Shown: in pieces, positions 1 to 12,032 of the stretch
How the letters are laid out: every line of letters starts with the position of its first letter
Numbering within the stretch: position 1 is the first letter of the stretch
From: Marsupella aquatica
Lineage: Eukaryota > Plantae > Marchantiophyta
Direction of reading: 5' to 3'
Assembly: GCA_973895155.1 (NCBI GenBank)
Contig: OZ316892.1
Span: 16,854,357 to 16,918,356, forward strand
DNA length: 64,000 nt
Program-made: the position numbers and the translations under genes
The notes under the pieces: model-generated
Told to the model about the DNA's origin: nothing
Databases searched by the model: none
The model's input: the letters and a program-made list of their open reading frames with translations, nothing else

Positions 1-281
1 AGTCGGTCAAGGCTCTCTTATACCTTTCTCTCACAGAAACTAGAATGGTCCTATAATCCGGACCCAAGATCCTCAACCGGAAGGGAAGAGCCTCCTTTCT
101 CTACTTCTTAGGCAAGCCTATTCACTCGGGAGCTCAAAACTTACTATGTTCAGCTTTGCGAGGTGTGAGAAGAGAAGAACCGGTTCGGCCTTAAGAGGGA
201 TTCCGGCTCACTGTCAGGAGTCCAATGCTTATGGGTTTTCCCCAGGACGAAGAGCGTAGCCTCGGCTTCAAGATCCTGGTG

Positions 282-473
282 TCAGATGTTCTTGATAGCG
301 TTCGGAGACGATTTTATGGCTTCCGGTTCGTGGTCTGGTTTCCTTCTTTTTACCAAGAAATATTTTCTTCCGGTTGAGCCTCTTTTCCTTCTCTTAATCT
401 CTTGAATGGTTGTTAGACTTTCAATAATGGTTTTGTTAGCATTTAAGGTTCTTCCTTCCCGCTTCAAAGGCAA
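282..473 (-). pseudogene. Possible chromodomain-like retroelement fragment
   Basis: Translation IQEIKRRKRGSTGRKYFLVK loosely resembles a chromodomain N-terminal half. The surrounding 1-1620 is fragmented ORFs. Confidence 0.2.
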
Positions 474-1650
474 AAAAAATTAATTTTTCCACTTTCTTTA
501 TTCCTTTCTTGTTAACCATGTTATCACACTTATGGATGTGCTCCCTTCGGCTTTGGCGCTCCCCCTTTTGGAGGGCTTTGCTTCGGTCCTGGTGTGCGGC
601 TGGCCGGCGGTATTTCATGGTCCGGATCCTCTTCTTCCTCGGATGGTCCGGTCGGCAGCTCTGGGCTGCAGTTTGGTGGTTCGGCTTGGCGCTCGGCATT
701 CCCCGCTTCTGATTTTCTCGACCCAGCTCTGGGCTTGGGGGATCCTTGCCTGGGTGGATCTTATCCCGGCTCCCGGCTTCCTTTCTCCTCTGCTATGACA
801 TTAGGCTATAGATTTTCTTTGGACTGGTGGGGGTGGCTGCTTTCCTTCGTGGCAACCGGCTCCTCGGTTATTCTTCCTTCTTTCGCCCTGACTTTGGGCT
901 GACATTTTTGCTGTCTTGTTCCGTATTTTAGTCTCCGGGATTCTCTCTAGCATAGTGATTAGTTACTATTAGCGTCTTGGCACACATTCTCCTCTCACCA
1001 CCCCGGGTTGGCTACTCTCATTCTGATTTGCGTTGCCATGCTCCTCATTTTGTCAGGAGGTACTCCTTGGATCAGTTGGGGTTTTGGCTGGCTCCCTTCT
1101 CCACTGGGCCGGATTGCCTGCTGTTGGTATTGGGGTGCTCCCTTTCCTTGGGGTCCTCTCTCGGCATGGATGGATCTGTCCTCTTGGGATCCTCCCTGGC
1201 GCTGGGGCCAACTTTGAGTCGTTTCCGATGCTCTGGATCTGCCTCGGGTCTTCTTTTGTGATCTCTCGGTTGACGCTATTCTCCCGATGCCGCGGCTCCC
1301 AACACCTATTCAACTGCTCTCCACTGGGCTCCTGATCTTGCTCCCTGCTGGACTTCGATGGCTCCTTCACATGATTGGCTGATAGCTGGTGCCTCTCTTG
1401 TGGGACCCATCCCCCCTTGGTCCATGTGGCTGCCCCCATTTTCCATCATCAATGGCTCCCGGGTTGAGATTCTGGTGGGGTCGGTGATGCAGACTTGGCG
1501 TAGACTGGGGGCCACTGTCTTTCCTCCTGTCTTGGGTCGAAGGTTTGGAGCATACCTCTTGCGTGGTTTCTCGAGTTGCTGGTGCTGCTGTTTTTCTGGC
1601 GGTTCCTGCTGCTTTCTATAAGTAAGAAACAGTAGTATTGCATATTAAAG

Positions 1651-1932
1651 TGTTTAGATAGATAGATTGGTCATATTCTCTCCACACCTTCCCCTTTGTA
1701 TTGAACTCTAGTGCCTAGTTAAGCTAATTGGAGCAACCCATGGAGCAATCAATGCTTAGCCGTAGTTAAGAGTCACTGAGGTTAGACTAGTGGAGAGTAG
1801 CTATACCCTGGAGTACTTCTTTGTGCTCACACTTAAAGATCAGTTTCTTGAGTGAGATATAAGAGAGAGAAGAAGACTTAGAGTACTATTCCATCAGCCC
1901 TCAAGCGGGCTCTCACCCTCAAAGTGCTATCA
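1651..1932. mobile_element. LTR-like segment
   Basis: TGTT...ATCA termini and LTR-like composition, but no TSD or PBS found. Confidence 0.25.
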
Positions 1933-2599
1933 CCCTGAATTGCGTTTGAGGGCAAGTTTGAGTCTCATTCCATGGCGCCCACATCATTTGATCATGGTGA
2001 ATTATCCACTGACTGTAACTGGGTGCAGAACAACGGTGTGAGGGTGGTGAACAACTGCGTGCAAAGGGAAACAAGTGGTGCTTGTCTGAATGCATTGTGT
2101 CAAGAGCCGAGTGCGAATGCGTGTGCAAACTTGGCTCTCGGGAGTTCTTCTGCAACACATATGGTAACGCAGGGGATGGGAGCTCGATCGAATGCGTTTG
2201 ACAGGAGCTCTTCTTTTTAGGTGTGCCGAAATCTCGCCACGCCATTGATGATTATAATAGCATGAGAAAGAGAATGTTCCCAACTTTAGTCCTACCATGG
2301 GGCTTGAGCAGAAACGATTGCACAATGTTTGCACCGGTCCATCAAATCATGATTGTCCTTCGTCAATCAGTAGTCAACAAGACATTCTTGGCGCTCGCCA
2401 TCGTGTGGGAATGGCCAAGTTGTTCTTGCCTGATTTAGAATGAGCACGACCTACTCACTGAAAGCAGAATCAAAGCGCAACAACGTTCATATACTGGAGA
2501 CTGTAGTGATGTTGGGAGGAGGAATAGATTGCTGCCAACGTCTAGTTTTGTGCAGTTGCCAAAGCTGGTTTCACCAGAGGACTAACTGACACTACACCA

Positions 2600-2913
2600 T
2601 TACTTTTCTCCTAGTCTGCCCGACGGTCCTCTTGATAAAAATGGGGAGAAATCGGTGATGGCCTGATAATTGATAAGACCCCAGTGATCTAAAAATCCGA
2701 ATAGACGAACCGCACCACTCACATCACCGGTGAGCAAATCTCTCACATCTTCGAAATTCAGCAGCTTTTGAGGGTTCTCTCGGTACTTTTTCATTATGCA
2801 AGTTCTCTGCTCTATGTACAGTTCCGGCGTCTTCTTGTTGGTGTCCTTCGCCACAAAATATTCCGGAAGAGCAGCTCGTTCTAGCTGATGTACTCTCTCC
2901 CACTGAAACCAGC
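2600..2913 (-). pseudogene. Isolated SWIRM-domain exon (SWI3-like chromatin remodeller fragment)
   Basis: GWFQWERVHQLERAALPEYF...TPELYIEQRTCIMKKYRENPQKLL...VRLFGFLDHWGLINY matches the SWI3 SWIRM consensus. It is preceded by the acceptor ttttggcag (AG at 2915-2914). No SANT or ZZ exons were seen, and a stop follows the domain. Confidence 0.75.
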
Positions 2914-3859
2914 CTGCCAAAACCCTCAAAATAATTATAACCAGAAGGATGAGATGCATGTCCTACACAAAATTATCAACTGCACAAAATTATCAACACA
3001 AAGTGAAGCTCACTGAGGGCTAGTGAATTTTGCCAACTTTTCCTTGCATCCAAGTTGAGCTCAACTACAAAGATGATGTGCAAATGGGCAGGAATTCCAA
3101 GATGCATTCCCATTCGACGACATGTTAAAGAGATTGATGAAACCTCAGAAACAATAGGCGTGAGCGCCATGTAGTGTCAACCTGCTCCATCTAATGACCG
3201 TCATCTATACCACCGGGTGCAATCAACTGCAAACGGCTATTGTCGGTCAAAACGCCTGTTAACTGAAGGAACCGGTCTCCATGAGGGCCGAGAAAGAAGA
3301 GTGGAAGGCCCGACAAGCCTTCCACCCCGAAGTTGAACTCGAGGGCCACCCTGCAGTCGTCGACGGCTGCAATTGTTTTCAAGAAGGGCGAAAAATTGAG
3401 GGTGATCACGGATGGCCAGCCTTATCATAGAGTAGCTTGTTGGTTTGCCAAACTATGGTGGATGTACAATGATTGTGCATAGTGACTCTTTGCACAAAAA
3501 TATTGAAATGAGAAAAGATATCAAGGTGAGAAAAAGAGTGTCATCCTGGTTCGCACAAGACTTGTGCAAACATTTATTTTTTGTGCCAAACCAAATGGCA
3601 CTAAAACAGTTTAGTTGTCAGTAATGGGTGTTTTCAGAACAAAAAAGAGTAATTATTGAGCTTTGTTTGCACTATACAACCAGCTCCTCATGGAGCATTT
3701 TATTATGGGGTTTTGAGCCTCTTTTTGCAAAAATTTAAAAATTTAGCATTTTGCTGTAGTAAATTCAGGAGAAGGGGCCTCTTTCTAGGCCATGTGCAGT
3801 GTCTTTGCGACTCGGCTACTTCCATTCAACAAGGCGAGGGAAAATTCACCTACACGGAA

Positions 3860-4210
3860 GTAACAAAGGCAGCACAGCCCGAAAGGCAGTTCTGACAAAA
3901 CTGAAAATGAAAGGAACTCAGAAGACTTTGGGTCCAAACACAAAGGAAATGGAAACAAATAACAAAAAGGGAAAAAAACAAATAACAAAGGCAACAGAGC
4001 ACTAAAGGAAGTGAAGTTTGACAAAACTGAAAACGAAAGGAACTCAGAAGACTTTGGGTCCAAACACAAAGGAAACGGAAACAAATAACAAAAAGGAAAA
4101 AAAACAAATAACAAAGGCAACAGAGCACTAAAGGAAGTGAAGTTTGACAAAACAGAAAACTAAAGAAGCTCGGAGGACTTTGGGTCCAAATACAAAGGAA
4201 AGGGAAAAAC
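3860..4210. repeat. Tandem repeat, 126-bp unit, about 2.7 copies
   Basis: GACAAAAC recurs at 3894, 4020 and 4146, with near-identical units. Confidence 0.9.
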
Positions 4211-4265
4211 ACTCAGAGACTTGGAGAAACCTTGCTGAAATCGAAAGAAAGCATGACCAGCGACA

Positions 4266-4606
4266 CGCTAGGCTTGGCCCCAAAGCTACCTTGTGTGAAG
4301 GAGAAGATGCTAGGATTATTCTTATCAAATTTTCTTAGATTAATTCTTAACCCTCAGATATTCCCGTATTCAAGAATAACTGTCCGACTCTGGCTCATGG
4401 GGTCTGTGGCCAGGTGAGAAACTCTGATTCTCGCTGGTCTGCGGCTAGGTGGGTAACTCGCTAGGCTCGGCCAAAAGCCACTGTTTGTGTGAAGGAGAAG
4501 GTGCTAAATTTTTTCTTATCTAACTTCCTTGGATATATTCCTAACCCTTGCATCTCCCCACATTCAAGGACAACAGTCCTATTTTGGCTAACGGGGTCTG
4601 TGGCAA
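4266..4606. repeat. Diverged ~148-bp direct repeat (period ~193)
   Basis: cgctaggct..tgtgtgaaggagaag..ggggtctgtggc occurs at ~4266-4412 and ~4459-4606. Confidence 0.8.
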
Positions 4607-4701
4607 CCTGCTAATAATAATAATAGATGACAAAATGCCACGCGAGTACTTTTCAGTGACGTGGAATTTGGCCTAATTCTCGCCACTAAGAAAACGCTAC
4701 C

Positions 4702-4846
4702 TCGGCTCGGGTCGGCAACTCGGCATGGTCAACCCCATGCCGGACAGAGACCGGCTCGGAAACTCAGAATGTTCGATCCATGCCGGAGAGAGACGGGCTC
4801 GGCAACTCAGCTTGGTCCATCCATGCCGACGAGAGACCGGCTCGGC
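4702..4846. repeat. ~42-bp GC-rich tandem repeat, about 3.5 copies
   Basis: tcggcaactc..ccatgccg..gagac(c/g)ggc is repeated. Confidence 0.75.
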
Positions 4847-5504
4847 GCAGAGCACCGTCCCTTCCTCTGCGGGCGACTAGAGACGACAGACGCGGATCCA
4901 GAGCGAGTTACGACGACAGTACGTAGAGTCATGTAGTGGTATTGTTGTGGGGGAGCACAGCAGGAAAGCAACGATCATCAGAACCGAGAGAGAGCTCTTT
5001 TAAGGAAAGAGGGTCCAGAGCAGAGGCGAGAACAGTCATTATCGGTTCGTTTATTTATGCTGCGATCGACCGAGTGCGCGAATCGAAGGACATAGAAGTT
5101 CACGGCGAGAGTGGAGAACAATCGATCCAGAGAGCGCGAGAGTGTGGAAGGAAGGAATAGGAAGGAATAGGAAGGAATAGTCTCGTCCGGCGTGGCACGA
5201 TTGATCCACAGAATTTGGAGGAGGAGAAATAGATAGAATTGGATGGAGTAGAGTAGAGTGGAGTAGCGTAGAGTAGAATAGAATCGCAGAGTGGAGTGGA
5301 GTGAGGAGAGCAGGTGCGTCGGTGTGGATTGTCGTGTCGCGGACGAAGATCGTGCTGTTCCAGACCGGATTGGATTGAATTGATTGATTGTGCGCGGCAT
5401 CGAAGGTGCGTTTTCCTGGACTAGTTTCGCAAGTAGGCAGCGGAGGAGCACAGCAGGACAGACAGAGCAAGGAGCGAGCGATCAATCGAGGGAGGAAGGG
5501 AGGT

Positions 5505-8500
5505 ATGCAGCGTGGTGATGAGTATGGAGGTGGCGTCTATTCGGCACCTCCTATCCCACCCGATCACTCTGGGCTCTATGGTGGGAGCCCAAGTTACGGA
5601 TCAGCCCCGCCTTCGGCACCATCTGCCCCCGCATACTCACAGGCAGCCCCTTCTTACTATCAGTCCACAGCACATTCGAGCAATCCTTCGGTTTCAGCTT
5701 ACAATTCGCATTTAAATTCGTCGTTCTCGCAGCAGATTCCGGCCCCGGGTCTGTCTTCTTATCCAAGCTCTTCCATCTATGACAATTCTGCTCCCCCGCT
5801 TGCCGACCACTCTTCTAGTCCGACATCCTACAGCAACAATTTATACCCCCCTCCCTCCTATGCTCCTGTGGTGCCATCTTATCCTCCCGTTGGCTCTCCT
5901 TACGACCGATCCTTTGAGACGGCACCGTCAACAGCATCTGTGGATTCGACTTTATCTCAATTTTCTAGGTTAGGAGTAGCACCGCAGACTTCCGGAGGCT
6001 ATGATTCTTATGGTCAAGCAAAAATAGGCTATTCTTCTCAAGTGGAGCAGCAGCAGCGGTATGGAGGAGGTGGGTTATATGATGAAGGGACAGGTTATGA
6101 CAAAGCAGATTCTTATGGTGTGTCTGACTTGGGAAACTATGGAAATAGAGACGGAGCCGACCGAGGTTATGATAGCGGAGGCTTTTTAGATGTTTATGCT
6201 TACGATGGGGGAGGTGTGGAGCCCTACGGGTCTCGCGGCACAGGTACGGGCGGGAATTCGTCGTGGGACGGTATGGGGGGCACCATTGGAGGAGGCTACA
6301 ATTCCAGTGGTTCATTAGGATCATCCAAACCGAAAATCACGCGGGCAATTCCCAAGGGAGACGGTGATGCAGAATTGGGGGGTGTACAGAAGTTCCGCGT
6401 GAAAATGCTTCCAGAGACAAGGTCATCCGATGCTGTCAAAGATGTCGTGTGCCAGGTACTGACTGTAATTTATTGTTGTGTCCCTTTGCTATGTTCGTGG
6501 AGGATGTTTTCCTTCTTGCTGTTATGCACTGGTGTCGATAATTTTGTGGTCACCAACATCATGGTGTTTGTAACGGAACCTTGCCCTTCATTTTCGGGAT
6601 GGAAATTCCTCTTTTCTTACGGATGACCACACTATGACAGAAGACCTAGATGTGTGATCATCTGGATGTCTGCTGGTTTGAATTCTCCCTTCAGCCCGCC
6701 TACTGAGCGTCTTCCACTTCATTGCCACATGTTGTGACCTGTTACTGGTGTGGAAAGGGGACACATTTGAAGATATTAAAGGAGCCCCAATCTGGTGATT
6801 TTTAATGTGTTGAGCAGAAATGTCCTGCCAATACTGGCTCGCAACCTAAATTTTGTCGAACTATGTTGAGATCGGTAACGAGCATGCGGTCAAGCTGTTC
6901 ATCGTTCAAAAGTCTCGCTCTTTTAGGGATATCTCCGTCATCTTCCGTCAGCCCTAATTACATATGTGCCGCCATGGTTTATGTAGTTTCACAGTTAAGG
7001 CAACTGAAGTACATGCTATAATCCTGAATTTTGAGTTATTTCGTGTGTTCCCTCGACAGATTGGACTGGATGGTGTGCGGATGGTTGATCCTAGTACGAG
7101 TAGAACTCTACGGATATACCCCCTTGATACCATCACCAAGTGGGAGGTCAGACATCCTCAATTCCAGATAATATGCTTCTGTGTTGTTTGTATTGTTTGT
7201 TTTGTCCGGTCCTGGATATAATGTGGCTGCCTATTTGCAAGTTTACTTCAATTCATTTATACTGGTGTAGGTGATTGAAACTTTGGTATGATAATTCTGT
7301 GGAGACACTCGTGCAGGTATGTTGATGCAATGTGGTGTACATTGTCATATCGCGCAGGTGAAGGAGCCATCAGTTTTCACGTTCTGGGCAAGAAGTGCAG
7401 TGGATATAGACCAGCGCATGATCCAACTGAAGTCGAGTAGTTATACAACAACAGCTATATTGGACACCCTCACAGCTGCATGTGTTCAGGTTGTTAGAGG
7501 ATTTGCTAATATCAATTTTCCAGTTGTTTCGTGTGTGTTCTTGTTATCAAATTGATGCCTGAATACAGCAAAGGTCGGGGGCAAGCACTTGTAGAGCAGA
7601 GGGTGCTTGTCCATGGATCAAGGTCGTTAGATAAATTGAATCTTGTCAATTTAGACATTAGGCCTTGAACAAGCATGTCAATATGCCTCTTGTCCAGTGG
7701 AGACGTGAAACCGATTGTGCATCACTTTGTTTAAGGCCTGTTACTTTTCTGAAATTAATATCAAGAGAGCCATTTCAAATTCGAGATGGGTTTTGTGAGC
7801 CACGAAGGTGTTTGAAGAGCAGGTTCTGATGGTGGGATAGTTGCGCTTCCTGACAGGTGTATGAAATGGTTGGGAAGGATGGCTCGAGTGATGGAAGCAG
7901 CTCAACTGGTGGGGGAGGGACTACTCCTGATACGAGTGGAGCCAAGAAAGGGTCAGTGTTAGACTGGGTGGCGATCCGGCCCCGACCAGCTACCATGGAG
8001 GAGAAGCAGCACTGGGTATGTTTATTGAACTTAATTGGACAGGACAGCTTTCTTTCAGACTTTTCTCTTCAAGTCTTGCGAAAAGGCAATGAGATATTCG
8101 TCATGTCAGAGTAGCCATAAAGGAGTGATTTCTCGCTGTCAAAAACATGTTGACACTTTTGAAAAAAAGAAGATTGAGTGCTGGACAATCATTGCTTATG
8201 CTCTTCTCTTAGGACTTTTAAGGGGACTATTTTTTCTCTGCTCTTTGATCCAGCCTCACACCTTTCCCACAACATAGTTTTGTTTGTGATATCATGGAAT
8301 TTAGCTCTTCTGAGCAGATGTGGAAGGTTCAGTACATTCTAAGTTCTCATTGGTTTGATATCCTTAACCAACATGAAACTCGATTGTTCTCAGGTGCCAG
8401 ATGAGGCGGTAACAAAATGTACTAGTTGCGACTCAGATTTTGGAGCTTTCGTGCGACGGGTGAGTGTAATCTTAGCCTTCTCTGTGTCTCACTTCTATTG

Positions 8501-10428
8501 ACTGAGTTGGATGGGTAGCTGTAAGTTCTATGTACAGCTTTTTTATGTAAAAAATACGATGCTGTGAGGATGGCTTCAATTTGTTTTCTATCAATGTCAG
8601 CTCAGCTTTGTCTGTTGTGTTACTGTGTTCACCAACCCATTGAGTTTAAAGCAGCGCTGTGGTTCATGTTCATGAGTCCTAACCGGTGTGCTTGATGCTG
8701 CAAAGTGCAGCATCATTGTAGGAATTGTGGTGATATATTCTGTGATAAGTGTACGCGGGGAAGGATAAGTCTGAACACAGATGAAGATTCTCAACCTGTC
8801 CGTGTCTGTGATCGGTGTCTGGTAAGATCCCAAGTCTTTTGGACTATTAGCATGTCGAAGAAGTCGATTCAACCCATGCTCAAAATTTTTGCGTCTTGAA
8901 AGTGTGCTCCGTGTTTTTCAAGTTCTTTGTTATTGGTATCTGCTAAGGTCGCATATCTGTTGGTCTGTACTAATGGATTATTAGCATGTCAATGAATTTA
9001 AGTCGACCCACGCTCAAAGGTTTGCACTCTGAAAGTGTCTTGGGTGTCATATTCGGCAAGGGGAAAGGTCCAGTCCTTGTTAGTGATTGGTGTCTGGTAA
9101 TCTCTGTTGGTCAATACAGATGGACTGTTAGCATGTCAAAGGAATGTAACCCACGCTCAAAGCATCGCGCGCTGAAATTGTTATCCGTGTCATTCTAGGC
9201 TCAGGCTAAGATCAGGTCCTTTTTAGGGAGCTGTATGTTTCTTTGTCTCTGATCAAGATACTGCGTGCAGGCAGAGGTGACTCACAGGTTAGAGAATATG
9301 ACGAAAGCAAGTTCAAAAGTGTCAGCACCACAACGAACTCATGAAGATCTTGCCAAAAAATTACAGGTGGGAATTCTCTTTACATGTTCAAGCTACATGA
9401 CTCTGGAACGTAGGAGCTATTAGTGGTAGACGAATTCGAGGATGCTTAAACGTTCACTATCTACTCCCGGTGGCAAGGCCTTGTCACTCGATCGAAGTGC
9501 AACGCAAAGTTCTACTTTTTGTTGTTTCGACATGGTGGTGTTTGCGAGCACCTCTGTGGAAGCAATCGTCCTTTGAGTTTGGTAAGGGTTGAGGTGATAG
9601 AATTGGCAAATCGTGTCGTCTGGGATGCTGAAAGCTCTGTTTGTCATTTGAGGCTAGTCTTGTTAACAGTATGGAAGTTTTTCTTCACAGACGATGAATT
9701 ACACAACATCACTTTGGCTTTGTGGCTTTAAGGCAAGAATCACTTCTGATTCTTGTCCTGGAATGCTGTGTGTTTGTGAACAGGAAGAACTTGAGCGAAA
9801 TCAACCAGTTAGAAAACCAGTTTTGACCACCTCAAGCAGTGGGAATGCGAGTTCCCGGCAGACGTCAGTACTGACCTGTTCCAAATGTGGCTCGATTTCG
9901 CTGGTTTCGGGCAACAATAGCAGGTGTTCTAATTGTGGAGCAGACCCGAGCAATGTGAGCTCAAGGGCTGAGAAGACAACTAGTTCATATGGTGCATCTG
10001 CAGGTCACCGTGGCCCTCCTCATTTGTGGTCAAATAATGCTCCAGTGCCTGATGGACCCAGTCCACAAATGCGGGAGGTTGCATGCCCAACTTGTACAGT
10101 TCATCTCCAGGTGAGATCTTTATATACCGAAAAGACCTGTCTGGTTGTGCTTTGAATGCGTTCAACCTTTTCATTACTTCGTTTCAGCTTTAAGTAGATC
10201 GAATTGGAAAATTAAGAATTTGTTGCTACGAAATGCATCTTGCAGAGTTCGTTCTATTCCTTGACCCCGAGTCTGAATGTAATCATCACTGTTATCTGGA
10301 ATCTATGTGAGGGTTGTTACTTGAGTGCTCAATTTGTTGTGTTTCTGGTGCAGGTCCAGGTGCCAAGCTTTGGCACAGAAACAGTGGAGTGTGGAGTATG
10401 TCAACATCCCTTCCTTGTCAGTGCTTAG
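5505..10428 (+). CDS. FREE1: FYVE-domain ESCRT component FREE1/FYVE1, ~667 aa, 9 exons
   Basis: Exons 5505-6455, 7060-7146, 7358-7489, 7857-8015, 8394-8459, 8711-8821, 9271-9366, 9784-10110, 10354-10428, all GT-AG and phase 0. Pro/Tyr-rich N-terminus with PSAP motifs, PH-like QIGLDGVRM, FYVE WVPD..RRHHCRNCG..RVCDRC, and C-terminal CPTC..CGVC. Confidence 0.95.
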
Positions 10429-11214
10429 ACAATGCCAGCTCGTACATCCAACTTGGGTCTGGCACATTTCAAGGTAGCTATAGAAGTTGTACGCTTTGAT
10501 AGCCAGGTTTCACAGTTACTGCCTCTCCGCAGATTTTTTCTGAAAAATATTACTCCTTCCCCTTTCAATGATAAGTATCAACTTATAATATCAGCCAGAG
10601 GGCCCCTAGGGGCACCTCTGTAAAATAAACGTACAGATAAGCTCTGATGCTCCAAGCTTTACCAGAAACTATCAAAATGTCTGTATGGGCCCATAGGGTT
10701 TGATTACTCCTCACTGTGGTTCGCAATTTGGCTACTTGTTGTTTGGGAACCTTTTCAAAAGTGGTTCGACAAAAGCTTGTCACGCAGTTCTCTGTACACT
10801 CCTTTGCGTGTATGTACATTGATTTCTTTCATTATTAGGATGGTTCTATTAAGGAATCCGTTGACGACCTCCTAGGGCTCATGTAAGGAATTGCCTTGTT
10901 GCATCTATAGTGTTGGCTTCGTGGTCTGCTGGGGCAGTATCGCTCTTTGTTCTGCTCTGTTAGCTAACCATTTGACATGCAGTCCATGGTAACGGCTATC
11001 CATGTCGAGGCGACCAACATCAAATTTCAATTAGTCCAGGTCCGAATTATTGAAGTAAGCTATGATTTTTATAAATCAATCGCTTAGTTCGGACCACTAG
11101 TCTGAAAATCTGGGTGGACCACAGACGTTTTGAAAGAATTTTTGTAGTCAGCCATTCTCGGTCAGCCTGGCTGCTTTGATCGATTCTACCAGGCTTGTAA
11201 GGATTGTGTATCGT

Positions 11215-11349
11215 ACAGAGCTGGTCAAGAGTACATGAATGATATCCATAATCTACAACTATAATAAGGGATCCCACGAGGATCCCACAGAGCTGGTCAA
11301 GAGAACATGAATGATATCCATAATCTACAACTCTAATAAAGGATCCCAT
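11215..11349. repeat. Direct repeat, 72-bp period
   Basis: acagagctggtcaagag..gatatccataatctacaact..ggatccca occurs twice. Confidence 0.9.
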
Positions 11350-11764
11350 CTCTTTTCTTCCTTAGTCTTAATACAAAAAAGCTTCTGGACAGGAAAGATC
11401 TACATCCATTGAATTTGATTAGCTATTTTCCAAGAAATGTGCACCCCTAGCACACATGTGCTTCCTGCTGCCCCATAAATGCCCCGGCCTGACTTCCTAT
11501 GGACCGGCCCTTGGTGCAACGCATTGACATAGGGCTCGTTTGGTATAACAAACAAATGGACGGCTTGATGATTCCGGCTTTGGGCAATTGGACAACTTCT
11601 CGTTCTTCTACTAGCGATCTGCTGGATTTCCTCCCTTGGCCAGGACCTTTCTGTAGCCCGTAAGAGCGGCAAATTAGGTCCTTTAAAACCCTTGGTCAGA
11701 AACTTGCTGACCATACTTAGGGGGCACATCTTGTACCCCTCGTCGAGGAGTTTCTTGCCTCCAG

Positions 11765-12032
11765 TTGGAATTTTTTTTCATGAGTGGACGTGGTCGTATT
11801 GATCAATTTGCTTGTGATTTCATCAAATTGCAAGAGGGGCTGGGATCCTATAGGCTCTGGTTGGATTTTGTAATTTTTTAATGATGTTGCGTCTATCAAG
11901 GTGGTTCCCATTTCATTCAATTGCAAGGGGTTGGGCTGGGTTCTCCTCGAATGTTGTTGGATTTTGTAAATTTGAAAAGGTTTTGTCAATATCAAGTTGG
12001 TTGGCATTTCATTGAATTGCAAGTGGGTGAGG
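11765..12032. repeat. Diverged ~96-bp tandem repeat x3 inside ORF 11717-12094 (-)
   Basis: ttggattttgtaa..atcaa..atttcat..aattgcaag is repeated and translates as ~32-aa repeats. Confidence 0.7.

Noticed and set aside
3785-4212. Phe/Leu-rich or Lys-rich ORFs with repeats
   Set aside because: Artefacts of the 126-bp tandem repeat.
5146-5305. Purine-rich GGAAGGAATA and AGTAG arrays
   Set aside because: Ordinary 5' UTR/promoter microsatellites. A similar tract precedes HPPD.
5388-5504. GTG-initiated N-terminal extension of FREE1 in the ORF track
   Set aside because: The ATG at 5505 (MQRGD) matches the known FREE1 start.
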